Assembly: GCA_048213135.1 (NCBI GenBank)
Contig: PS015252.1
Span: 1 to 38,913, forward strand
DNA: 38,913 bases
Origin: Reclinomonas americana ATCC 50394
Taxonomy: Eukaryota
Direction of reading: 5' to 3'
Positions 1-11,263 of this stretch are shown piece by piece. The translations under genes were made by a program, and so were the position numbers. Position 1 is the stretch's first letter. Every line of letters begins with the position of its first letter. The notes under the pieces were generated by a model that was not told where the DNA came from, searched no databases, and saw only the letters and a program-made list of their open reading frames with translations.

Positions 1-1491
1 GCCGCCCTCGGCCACCGCCGGAATGACATTGAAGGAGAAGTTGATCCAGTCCTTGGTGGTGCCGCCCTTGACCCACGTGAGGTTCACGCTGGTCACGTCG
101 CCAAGCTCGCGCTTCCGTCCCAGCTCCTTCGACTCCTCGCCCACCAGCTGCTCTTGCGAGTCGCGGTACTCCATGAGAATGTCCGCAAAGTTCACCTTTT
201 GCAAGCAAAACCATTGGCGCTTGCGCGGAGGGAGGGAGGAAGGGGCAGACGACGACGCAACAAGTTTCGACATGGCAGTGCCCTTGACGAAGCGGCTGCC
301 GTGGCCGGGTGGGCCGGTGGCCTTGATGCGGAACACTGCGGGTGACGCACACAGAGAGAGGACGTGTGAGACGACAAGCGAGGAAGTAGGGAACTCCAGC
401 AAGTTGTGCAACGCAACGCCAAATGGCACGCTCGCCGTAATTGAGCGGCACCGTCGGCGTCGGATCGGCGAGACCCTCGTCGATGAGAACAGCCAGGTTG
501 AGCCGCGTGAACTCCTCCGTGTGCACCCACATGTGCACGCCGGCGGCCTCGGCCTTGCCGCCGATTTCCTCGTCTGCGGCGACGGGAGAGAAGGGGTGGG
601 CAAAAGAGACGCAAGAGCGCGGGGACTGAGGACCTCACCTGGCACGTAAAAGATGTGAATGGTCCGGCGCGGCACGAATCCACTCTCCTTCAACCGCGCC
701 GCCGCAAACATGTGCTGCACACCGACCGACTTCATGTCTTGCGATCCACGCGCATAGATGCGGCCGTCGACTGCAACAACAACAACAACAATGCCAGTGA
801 GCAGACAAAGAGCGTGCGTGCGCTGTGTGAGTGAGCACGCATGCCTTCCTCGGCGGCAAACGGCGGGTACGTCCACTTGTCGCTCTCCGCCGGCACCACA
901 TCCATGTGCGAGATGAAGCCGACCGAGGGCAACTCCGGCTGCGTGCCGCGCCACGTGACCACAAGGAAAGGCCGATTCGGTCGCAAGGCGAACGAGTGCG
1001 TGGCGAAGCCAAAGCCCTCTGCGACTCTGGACACAGTGGTGAGACACAGGCGGAGAGAGAGAGAGAGAGACGGAGATGCGCGCGCACACTCTCAGAGGAA
1101 CTTTGTCAAGTAGGCGAGCGAGTTTGCATAGTCGGGGTTGGGATGGTCGGTGCGGATGCGAAGATACTCCTGTGTGTCTCGTGTGAGTAGATGGGAGCGG
1201 CGACATGCACAATGCATGCATGCATTCGCACCTTGAAGAAATGCACCATGGTCTCATCTTCACACACACACACACAATGAGTGATCTTGACACGCACACA
1301 CACCCTCTCTCGCATGCACTCACACACGCACCTGAGGTATCCGGCAGAGCATTCCACTCGCGCAACTGATGCAACGGAGAAGACGGAGGAGCGGTCTTCT
1401 CACCAAGCTGCGCGATCCATGAGGAGCCCGCGCCCAAGTACACTGCCCAGATGACCACCACCAGCCACAAGTCCCACCGACGCCACAACAT
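1..1491 (-). CDS. ACY1: Aminoacylase-1-like M20A metallopeptidase with hydrophobic N-terminus; 3' end runs off the window; at least 8 exons
   Basis: Spliced translation gives MLWRRWDLWLVVVIWAVYLG..., EYLRIRTDHPNPDY, SHMDVVPA, DGRIYARGSQDMKSVG, RTIHIFYVPDEEIGG, LIDEGLA, YGERAIWLFRIKATGPPGHGSRF, LGDVTSVNLT, NVIP. These are the ordered ACY1/M20 metal-binding and catalytic motifs. Introns include 196-261, 336-417 and 771-844. Confidence 0.9.
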   Translation of the reverse strand, partial: MLWRRWDLWLVVVIWAVYLGAGSSWIAQLGEKTAPPSSPLHQLREWNALPDTSGACVSACERGCVCVSRSLIVCVCVKMRPWCISSRCECMHALCMSPLPSTHTRHTGVSSHPHRPSQPRLCKLARLLDKVPLRVCARISVSLSLSPPVSHHCVQSRRGLWLRHALVRLATESAFPCGHVARHAAGVALGRLHLAHGCGAGGERQVDVPAVCRRGRHACSLTQRTHALCLLTGIVVVVVAVDGRIYARGSQDMKSVGVQHMFAAARLKESGFVPRRTIHIFYVPGEVLSPRALASLLPTPSLPSPQTRKSAARPRPPACTCGCTRRSSRGSTWLFSSTRVSPIRRRRCRSITASVPFGVALHNLLEFPTSSLVVSHVLSLCASPAVFRIKATGPPGHGSRFVKGTAMSKLVASSSAPSSLPPRKRQWFCLQKVNFADILMEYRDSQEQLVGEESKELGRKRELGDVTSVNLTWVKGGTTKDWINFSFNVIPAVAEGG

Positions 1492-1721
1492 GCTGCTTTC
1501 TTTCGCTCACAGAGAGTTCGGAAAAAGGTTGTGAGTGATCGACGGAATGGTCTCGCAATCTTGTCTTACCAGAAAAAAAGGCCAACAGCACAAGTGCAGA
1601 AGTCTCTGTCTATGTGCATTACGCCTCCTGGGAGCTGGGCATTTGCCTTGGGTATTGTGGCAGCCGATATCAGCAAATTTCGAGTTTGTCAGCCGTTTCG
1701 TTGTCAGGATTTGTGGAGCGA

Positions 1722-4700
1722 ATGCAGACGATACGTGCGCGCACCTGTCTGGTTGCGGCACTCGTCGCTGCGTGCTTCCTTGCTGTCGCTGCCCTCTTAT
1801 CCTCGGCTGCTGGTGAGCCTCAGCGCGTGTGCACACTGCGAGCGCGCGTCTCTTTGTTCGTAGACAGTTTCTCTCCCACTCTCTCCGCGCGACTTGTCTC
1901 TCTTTCCTTTTTCTCACACTGTCAATGACATCCAAGCGCACACATACTCTCTCATCCATGCATCCTTGAAAAGATAGGGCGAGAAAAAAGGGAATGCAGA
2001 GAGAGAAACGGTCGACGAGCACAATTTGCGCGCCAAACAAACTCATCATCCATTCGCATACAGTTCTTGTTCCCTCGTCGCTCGTCATCCGCGCCGAGAC
2101 CGCTGGTCAGCTCGTCGACCTCTCGCTTGTGGGCGTACCGACGAATGCTGCATTCACCACCACCTCCACACTCCGAGTGTTTGCATCGCGCACGTGTGAG
2201 GGAGTGGCGCCCACTGTCGTGTCGGCACTGTTGAGTGTCAACAGCAGCAGTGGTGCTGCCACTGTTGCCTTCTCTGCGGCTGCCGACCGTGGTGGCGAGC
2301 GCTTTCTCTGTGTCGACTATGACGGCGTCGCCGCCGATGCATTTGACATGGAGTTTGTCGGCATTGTCTTTGTCTGTGAGTTTTCCTTCCCTTCTCCTCT
2401 GTCCTCGCCTCCCTTCCCGCGCCGCTGACATTCACTTTTTCGATGCAGACGCCTCCCCGTCGTCCACGCCTCCGCTCCCACGGAGCATCCCCCTCGGCAT
2501 GGCGGCATTCTCGATGAGTGTGCCGACGCAGTTCATTCCGCACTCGCCTGTTCCCGGTGCCACCACCACGTTTGAGCTGCGCTCGCAGGCCGACTGCACC
2601 GGCCCGAGTGTAGTCAACACCCAGGTGAAGCTGAAATCCATCGACGGCGCGTCTGTCGTGCTCTCCGTGGCCACCGCCACATCCTTTGGTGAAGGCTCCA
2701 AGGGACCACTGGCCACCGGTACTTGTGCACTGCCGCCCTCGCAGACGGCATTTTTGTGCGGTCGGTGAGTGTACTCCGCGCGTTCGCCTCACTCTGCGCT
2801 CTTCTTCTCGACTCACTCTTTCACAGCTTTCAGTCTGGCGGCCCACTGTTGTATCGATTGCCCGTCGAGTCCGTGTTCCTGGTTGCCAGTACCAACGCCA
2901 AAGCAGGCAGTTCAACGGCAACTCCAGTCGCTTATTCTACACCCACGTTGCTCGAGTTCGGGAAGCAGAACGTCATCACCATCGGCTCCAGCTCACGCAC
3001 GCTGAACGACTGCACAGCCTTCAAGCTCGTCACGTTTGGTCTGGACTGCGCCTCGACCCCGGATTATTCCAGCGCACCATCAGCCACCGGCGCCACCATG
3101 GCCACAATCGGACCGGCGTTGTGCGAGTTCACCACCGGCTGCGCCAGCTTCCTCATCTCTGTCACCCCGAATTCGTCGCTCGGCGGTGCGGCTCTCCAGC
3201 TCTGCGTCGCCGTCAACAATCAAGAGTACAAGCGGACCAGCGAAGCCTTCGTCTCTGGCATCATGGTGCTCACTGGTCAAGCCGATGCACGCATGGGGAA
3301 ATCGAGGAAGGCTACTAGTACCAGCTCAGCCGCTTTCGACTACGACGTAATGACACTCTTTCCTCGGCGTTTCTTTCGTACGCCGCGCGTGCTGTTCGGA
3401 ATTCAGCACTTTGAATATCTCGGCGCCGCAGCGGATACCTACGTCAGCTGTGGCAAGCCGACCGTGTCGACGAGTTCATTGACGACTACCTGCACGGCTT
3501 CAGTGTCGACTTTGAAATTGAGTGCGTTCATGCCCATGCGTTCCTGCAGTGTGTGTCTGTCGACCTACGTCTCTCTTATGCGTGCTTTCGGTGCAGACTA
3601 TCTGGCATTCTACGCGCACCCCGACAGTGCGTATTCTGCAGACGGGCAGCTCAATGTGTCGAACGGCAACGCGTGGACGGGAGCGAGTACCACCAAGAAC
3701 GTGTCGACCGTGAGTCTGTCATTGTCGTGCCACAGAGATGAGTACTGCTGTGTTTGCTGACGTTCTTCTTGGCACAGACGGAGACCGTGTCTGCGAAAGC
3801 CACGTTCGCCACCATTCCCACATATGCGCTCGCCGTGTACGGAGTGAGCACGTCGCGGTTCCCTGTCAAGGGCAACAAGACAGCGCTCTCCGACAACTTT
3901 CTGGCTTCCATCAGCCAGCCGTTCCGCGACAAAGTCCAGATTCGTTCGACGGTGGCTGGAGACGCGCGAGTCTCGAGCCTGTCGCTGTCATTCATCGCCG
4001 CTCCGGCCCGTCCCGATGGCACCAACAGCAGTGGATTTGTTGTTCTCTCGGGAGGTGAGTTTTCCCTGCGCGTGCAGGGGCTCAAGCAGAGACTCACGCT
4101 TGTCGCGACGTAGAAATCACCCACAACTCGAACTTGCTGACGGCCTCTGTCAGTCTCCTTCTGCCTCAGTGTCCCCGAGGCATATTTGCGCCGACACTTT
4201 CGACGCAGCTGTTTCTCCGTGGGTGGCGCACTGCCGGTTCCGGTTCCAGCGTGGGTATGCGTATCGCGCATCGAGTGCTGTCTGACACAATCCGAGTCAC
4301 CACGAAGCTCGTGGACGGTGACTCGTTTGCTGTGGCCTTCACCTACAGCGTCGTCGATCCGGGCGTCGGCAACGCATCATTTGTGACATGGGTGGCCATT
4401 GGCCGGTCTCGTGTGTCGGCGCCAGTCAATTGTCCGCTCGGCTTCGCCGGCTCCGACTGCAGCCGCTGCTCGTTCGACCCCGCCATCACTCAGTGCTCTG
4501 CCGATTTCCTCAACGTGGTGTCGTGCTCAGCAGACGGCACGGTGAGCAGAGTCAAGTGTGCTACTGGTGATGTTTGTCGAGCGTCGTCACCGACCGCAGC
4601 GTCGTGCATCACGCCGTGCACCGTTGAGGGCGCTACAACTTGTCTCACCGACAATAGTGGAGTCGCCACTTGTGTTGGCGGTGCTCTACAGCGCACGCAG

Positions 4701-7700
4701 TGTGACAGTGGAACGCGGTGTGTCCAGTCGTCCAACAACGGTGTGTCGTACGCTGCGTGTGTTTCACTGTGCTCCACCTTTTCGAATCCGTGCTCTGGTA
4801 ACGGCACCTGCACCGCTGACGGCACATGCCGCTGTCGCACGAATTACTTCGGGGTCGGCTGCGATAAGTTCTGCTCGGCCTCTACCACGTGTTCGGGGAA
4901 GGGCGCCTGTCGTACGGATGGTTCGTGCAACTGCAACTCGGATTTCTTCGGCAGTGACTGCTCTGCATACTGTGTGCCATTTTCCACATGCTCTGGTCGC
5001 GGTTCTTGCAAGGCCGATGGAACATGTCAGTGTGACGCAGGCTATTATGGATCGTCGTGTAACGTCAGTTGTATCGCCGCCAGCACATGCTTCGGCCACG
5101 GTTCGTGCAAGACGGACGGAACGTGTCAGTGTGTTGGTGACTATGTCAACAGCAACTGCAGTTGCAGCCCATCGGTGACATGCTCCGGTCACGGTTCGTG
5201 CAACGCCAATGGATCGTGCCAGTGTGATGCGAATTACTACGGATCATCGTGCAACGTCAGCTGTGTGGCGAGCAGCACATGCAGCGGTAACGGTACGTGC
5301 AAGACGGACGGAACGTGTCAGTGCACCGGCGACTATGTCAACAGCAACTGCAACTGCAGTCCGTCGGTGACGTGCTCTGGTCACGGTTCGTGCAACGTCG
5401 ATGCGACGTGCCAGTGCGACGCTGGATTCAGTGGTTCGTCGTGCAGCAGCAGTACTGGTGGGTCAACATGCAATGCTGCAACAACATGCTCTGGTCACGG
5501 TTCGTGCCAGGTGGATGGAACATGCCAGTGTGACGCGGGCTACTACGGGTCGTCGTGCAGCGTCAACTGCGTGGCGGCCACCACGTGCTCCGGTCATGGT
5601 TCATGCAACGTCAACGGAACGTGCCAGTGTNNNNNNNNNNNNNNNNNNNNCTGGTCACGGTTCGTGCAATGTTGACGGATCGTGCCAGTGTGATGCGAAT
5701 TACTACGGATCGTCGTGCAGCGTGAACTGTGTAGAAGCCAACACGTGCTCCGATAACGGTACATGCAAGATGGATGGAACGTGCCTGTGTAATGCAGATT
5801 TCTTTGGGCCGTCGTGCAGTGTAAACTGCGTGGCCGACGTCACGTGCTCTGGTCACGGTACATGTAAGTCAGACGGGTCGTGTCAGTGTGACAGCGACTA
5901 TGTCAACAGCAACTGCAACTGCAGTCCGTCGGTAACGTGCTCCGGTCATGGTTCGTGCAAATCGGACGGCACCTGCCTCTGCAGCTCCGACTATTACGGA
6001 TCATCGTGCAGCGTCAACTGCTTGTTCTCGAGCACGTGTTCTGGTAATGGCACGTGTAAGACGGACGGAACGTGTCAGTGCACTGGCGACTATGTCAACA
6101 GCAACTGCAACTGCAGTCCGTCGGTGACGTGCTCCGGACACGGGTCGTGCAACGCCGATGGAACGTGCCAGTGTGACAACGGATTCAGTGGCGTGTCGTG
6201 CAACAGCGCCGGCTCATCATGCACCGCCGCCTCCACATGCTCCGGTCACGGCTCGTGTCAGACGGATGGGACGTGTCTGTGTGCTGCAGATTATTTTGGG
6301 CCATCATGCAGCGTCAACTGTGTGGCGGCCACCACGTGCAGTGGTCACGGCACGTGCAAAGTCGACGGTTCGTGCCAGTGCGACAGCGGATTCAGTGGCT
6401 ACTCGTGTGCTATTGGATCGGAATGTACCGCCGCCACCACATGTTCCGGCAATGGGTTCTGCAAGACCGACGGCACATGTCTGTGTACCGGTGACTACGT
6501 CAACGGCAGCTGCAACTGCAGTCCGTCGGTGACGTGTTCCAGTCATGGATTGTGCAAATCGGACGGAACGTGCCTGTGCAGCTCTGTGTGGAGTGGTGAG
6601 TCAAAGCCTGTCTGTCGCTGGATTGTCGCTGGGCGATTGCTGTTGGTTAACACGTCAGTGTGCATGCAGGATCATCTTGCGCATGCGCAGATTTCAAAGT
6701 CAGCTTTGCCGCCACTTGGCAGTCCGTGTTTACCAACAGCGACGGGTCGTCCATAGTGGCTGTCGCGGACAAGACGCTGTACGCATCTGTCGACCGGGGG
6801 CAGTCGTGGGCCACGTTCCCATTTAACCCCATCCGATGGTGGTCCATTGTCGCTAACGAGGATGCAACTCGGATTCTCGCCGCCGGCGAGACCGGCACGT
6901 TGTACTACACGCGGAGCACGTCATCTGACGCGTTTTCCAGTTCTGTGACGGTCTCGTCCGGTCTTGGCGGCGCCGGTATCGCCTCCTCAGCATCTGGCAG
7001 CAGCACCTTGGATGTTATGCTGTTTACGAGTGCAGCGTCCGTGGCACCACTGCAGCGGCTGCGGTTTTCCACTGATGGTGGTGTAACGTGGCTAACAGGC
7101 GACAACGGTACGGCACGTAACTGGTCGGCTGTGGCTGTCAGTCGCGATGGGAGTAAGCTGGCGGCCGCGGTGAACAGCGGGCAGATTTACCTTGCATCAA
7201 CCGCTGCTGGAGTCACTGGCGCATGGACAACAGTCGAGTCTAGTCGAGCGTGGTCGGCGATTGCCCTGAGTGGAAACGGGACGAAAATGATCGCGGCTGT
7301 GAATGGTGGACAATTGTACACGTCTGTCAACTCGGGAGCCAGCTGGGTTGCCAGAGAGTCAACTCGCAACTGGGTGTCTGTGGCCTCCGACTCCACCGGC
7401 GACAAGCTGGTCGCCGCTGTGAGCGGCGGCCAGATCTACACGTCCACTGACGCAGGAGTGACGTGGACTGCTCGTGCTACGGTGCAGTTGTGGACCTCTG
7501 TGGCCTCCAACGCTGACGGCACTCGACTGCTGGCTGGCGTGGGCAACTTTGGTCAGCTCTTTACGTCGTCTGATTCCGGCGTCACCTGGAATGTGGAGTA
7601 TGGGACGAATGTGCAAACGACACAGTGGTTTGCTGGTGCCATGAGCCGCAACGGCAACAAGATGTATGCTGCCATCAAGAACGGGCCGGTGTATCGGTCG

Positions 7701-8465
7701 GTGGACGCTGGTGCGACTTGGACGACTCTGGGCTCGACGCGCAACTGGTTCTCCCTCTATTCGAGTGCTGACGGTAACACACTGTATGCCGTCATTGGTA
7801 GCACCAGCGGTGTTCTTGTGTCCACTGACGCGGGAGAGACGTGGGTATCCCGAGGTTCGGGGTCCACATTTTCGTCGACGTCAATCGCCGTTGCGAAGAA
7901 CGGAACCGTCTATGCCGGCGTCGGTACCACGATACAGTATTCTACCGACGCGGGGTTTACGTGGCACGTGCTGACCGGCAGTCCTCGGTCGACTTTGTTG
8001 GCGACAAGTGATGATGGAATGGTCATCTACTCTACTCAAAGCGGCAGAGTCGTCAGTGCATCATTTGACGGTGGCCAGACATGGGCCACGGTGCAGATCA
8101 GCGACTCGTGGCTGTCGTTGTCGTGCAGCGGTGATGGCAGCCGAGTCGCGGTTATCACTGCCACCACGCTGCTGTCGTCCTCCGATTTCGGTGCCACGTG
8201 GAGTTCCGCCTCGCCAGCCGCCGACAGCGCGTGGCATCGCGTGGCGGTGAGCAGCGATGGCACGCAGATCGCCGCCTTTGACAACACCTCGCTCCTCCTC
8301 TCCACAGATGGTGTCACGTTCACCGCGCGATCGAATGCGACCGTGACTTCCTCCTCAGCGTTCAACATTTACGTTCTCAGTGCCGATCTGCGCAAGTACC
8401 TCGCGTCGCACTACGCCGCCGGATTCGGATTCCCAGTGCTGGCCATTGGCGGCGACTGTGGCTGA
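1722..8465 (+). CDS. Large secreted multidomain protein: signal peptide, 3 Cys-containing Ig/IPT-like modules, 3 H-type-lectin-like modules, at least 19 EGF-like repeats, C-terminal Asp-box (BNR) beta-propeller region
   Basis: ATG at 1722 starts a hydrophobic leader (MQTIRARTCLVAALVAACFLAVAALLSSAA). About 7 GT-AG introns keep the frame, e.g. 1813-2063 and 6596-6669. Tenascin-like units CSGHGSCxxDGTCxCxxxYYGxxC run ~4770-6595 with a gap at 5631-5650. About 11 SxDxGxTW Asp-boxes lie at 6780-8320. Stop TGA at 8463-8465; no C-terminal TM helix. Confidence 0.85.
4770..6595 (+). repeat. Coding tandem array of 6-Cys EGF-like repeats (mostly 31- and 33-aa units)
   Basis: 19 units can be counted in the translation. 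Near-identical nucleotide blocks occur, e.g. ~5298-5397 and ~6055-6154. The array is interrupted by a 20-N gap. Confidence 0.9.
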
Positions 8466-8561
8466 TGTGAATGAACAAAGAGAGAGCGTTATGCCTCGCT
8501 CCCTTTCCCACCTCTAACACATCGCCCACTCACAACTGTACTTTGCCGTACAAAAGTTCAT

Positions 8562-8674
8562 TCAGCCCCACGTTGCTGGCGAGGCCAATGCAGCGTCAAC
8601 GTCGCGCTGAGTCGGCGCCTGCATGGATGGCGGTAACTCACTCTGTGCCTTTGCTGCCACTGGCAGCTCTTGCA

Positions 8675-8714
<40 letters not shown>

Positions 8715-8916
8715 TTGATAGCGAAACGAGTCGTACCACAGCTGTCGAAGCCGCCGATGTGTCGCACTCTCTGTTGTCACACACAATGAGCGAAATTGAT
8801 GTGTGTGTGCACACGGACATGCACAAAACGCAACGCAGATGCTGTTGCCGCGCTATCGCCACATCCGCAAAGCTCCGATTGCAGTACTCACAATGCCACT
8901 TGGGGCGGCCGCGCAT
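8562..8916 (-). CDS. ZMAT5: Zinc finger matrin-type 5 (U11/U12 snRNP 20K) homolog, 96 aa, 2 exons
   Basis: Exons 8916-8835 and 8770-8562 give MRGRPKWHCEYCNRSFADVAIARQQHLQSATHRRLRQLWYDSFR-polyQ-...ELPPSMQAP...TWG*. This matches the U1C-type finger (C-x2-C...H-x5-H, WYD) and the LPPS...WG C-terminus of ZMAT5. Confidence 0.85.
8676..8717 (-). repeat. (CAA)2(CAG)12 coding microsatellite encoding polyQ14 in ZMAT5
   Basis: Direct read of the sequence. Confidence 0.95.
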
Positions 8917-9091
8917 CGACCACACGAACAACAAAGCGAGACAGTGATCCATGCTCGCCGTGCATCCATTGTCCTTTGTCACTGCATTTTTTTGCGCGCA
9001 TTCACGGGAGCGGCGTGCCTCCTTCCCCCCACTCCCCGTTACCCCATTCTCGCTATCCCGTTGCACCACCATCATCTAGTGGGAAGACAAT

Positions 9092-10737
9092 ATGATTCGC
9101 GGTGAGTGGCAAGTGGAGTTTGAGGGTTGCACATTTTCCTCCCCCACATGCGCACACACGCACACACACACGCGCGTACGCCTTGCTCATTCGTTTGTGT
9201 CATGCTGAATGGGCGCAGGAGGCGTCGAGTACAGCGACGACGCTGTGGCCAGCCTGCGTGTTGCGTGAAAAAAAACTTGTGGTTCTGTGATTCCTGCAAT
9301 TTGAGCTGCATCACTTACATGCACACACACACACGCANNNNNNNNNNNNNNNNNNNNTCTCTCTCTCTCCCTGGCGGAGAAGACCGTCGCGCTGTGATTA
9401 TTTCTCCGTGTTTTGCGTGACCTCATGCTCACATGCTCGTTGTTGCTGATGCAGTTGGCTCGCCTGCAGCCTACGAGGACGTGCCGGTGCCTGTGGCGCG
9501 CACGGACTCGCCTCTGCCGGAGCCTGTGCCTGCGGAGGAGGCGGCGCGTGTGTTTGCCGAGGCGCAGCGGCAAGAGGAAGAGGAGGCGGCGGCGGAGGCG
9601 GAGGCTCGGTGTGTGTGTGTTGCAGTTCACTCACACCAAGTGTTGGCGGTGAACTGTTGTTGCTCACACACACATGCATTCGGTGGTGCGACTGCGCAGC
9701 TCGGATGTGACACGCGCGTCGGCGACTGCGGCGGCGGCGGCGGCGTCGCGTCGGCCGGCGGAGAGCCCTCAACCGGGTCGCACGCTGTCGCTCACGCGTC
9801 GTTGCGTTGTTTGGCTTGTCACTGGTGTTCGTGTTGTGCTCATCGCCCTTCGTCGATGCATGTAGAGCTGCGGCATGAGTTCTTTGAGGAGGAGACACTG
9901 GCGCAGGCACCGGCCCAGCTGGGTGCGCAGCTGCGCACGCTGGAGATGTTTGTCACGGATATGAAGCAGTTCCGTGATCGCATCGACCAGACGACAGTGT
10001 CGCACTTGATGCGCTCGGCGGCGCGTGGTGCGCCAGCGCGGCCGCTACGTGAGGTCGTCGAGGAGAGCAAGACGCTGATTGACGCGCTGCTGGACGAGTT
10101 CCGCTACTACATGGACACAACGCGTCCGTCGGCGACTGCAGTGTCAACGCCCATCAACAGCAGCGCCAGTGCGCCGCCGTCGGTGCCCTCCAGTGCCTCC
10201 ACCACCCCCATCACATCGCCTACGAATGCCAATAACGGCATCGCCGTTCCGCCTGCACGTCGTCCGGCCCCACCACCGCCCCCACCACCCAAGGCTGTTG
10301 AAGCTGCGCCGGCTGTGGCGCCTGTCGCGGCACCTGTCGTGGCACCCCCGGCAGCCCCGGAAGCGACGCCAGTCGCGGCACCGCTCGCTGGTCTGGCCTT
10401 GCCCGCGTATCCCGATGTACCACCCGTCACCGCAGCTGCAGCGCCGGCTGCGCCTGCGCCAAGTTCCGAGCCCTCTTCCCCAGCTGCTGGCCGAGTGCAA
10501 GAAGGTTGCGTATAATTTATTACGCCGGCACTCGTCTCTCCGCTCATTCGTCCCCGTCGCAGTCGTCAGCACAGAAGGCGGTGTGAAGCGAATGAGCATG
10601 GCGTTGGAGGGTCGCATCATGGCCGGTCTGCAGTCGAATGTTCGCCAGGCCGACGTTCACGGACACCCGTCGGCGGAAGTAACGGAGCCAGTGCCACGGA
10701 CGCGATCGCGCGTGGATTTTGTCGTGCCCGGTGTGCT
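9092..10737 (+). CDS. Hypothetical multi-exon protein with a helical segment and a long Pro/Ala-rich region; truncated at a gap
   Basis: ATG at 9092 followed by a GTGAGT donor. Exons read GVEYSDDAVAS, YEDVPVPVARTDSP, LRHEFFEEETLAQ...LLDEFRYYMD, PPPPPPPK, VSTEGGVKRM. Gaps at 9338-9357 and 10738-10815. No family recognised. Confidence 0.6.
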
Positions 10738-10815
10738 NNNNNNNNNNNNNNNNNNNNNNNNNNNNNNNNNNNNNNNNNNNNNNNNNNNNNNNNNNNNNNN
10801 NNNNNNNNNNNNNNN

Positions 10816-11053
10816 CCGCCATTTTGGTGTACGAGCCGGAGCGGGCGCGCGTCAGAGTCGATGCTCCTTGTGATGAGGAGGATGCAGGTGGTGCAAGCGA
10901 GTGCGTGTGTGTGTGTGTCGGAGAAATGTCGTGCGAGGCCAGCGGCGCCGCGGGAGGCGCGACTGGCGCAGGTGCGGATGCAGCGGCCGTGGGAGAGCCA
11001 CTGCTGTCTTCGCTGGCGAGTGGGCCGGCGTCGACCACGAGCTCACCGTCCAT
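10816..11053 (-). CDS. 5' fragment of a hypothetical low-complexity protein running into a gap
   Basis: A-rich context before the ATG (AAAAACATG). Open frame MDGELVVDAGPLASEDSSGSP...RSGSYTKMA continues to the N-run. Confidence 0.4.
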
Positions 11054-11263
11054 GTTTTTTGTGTAATGATGATGAAATACTGAGTGGGACACACTGCGTA
11101 CGAGCTCGGGCAGGCAGGCAGGCACTCGACGCGGGTGCTGCCTGGTGAGCATTGTGGTGCGGTGTACGAGTCGTTGCGTCGAACGCCAGTAGTTGTCGCG
11201 AACTGCAATCTTATCGAAGTCACTTGCAGTTGTCGCGATCACCTGCAGCTGTGTTGTGCTTTA

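Noticed and set aside
1894-2008. Imperfect inverted repeat in intron 1 of the EGF gene
   Set aside because: Only low-complexity CT-rich vs GA-rich tracts; no target-site duplication or specific pairing.
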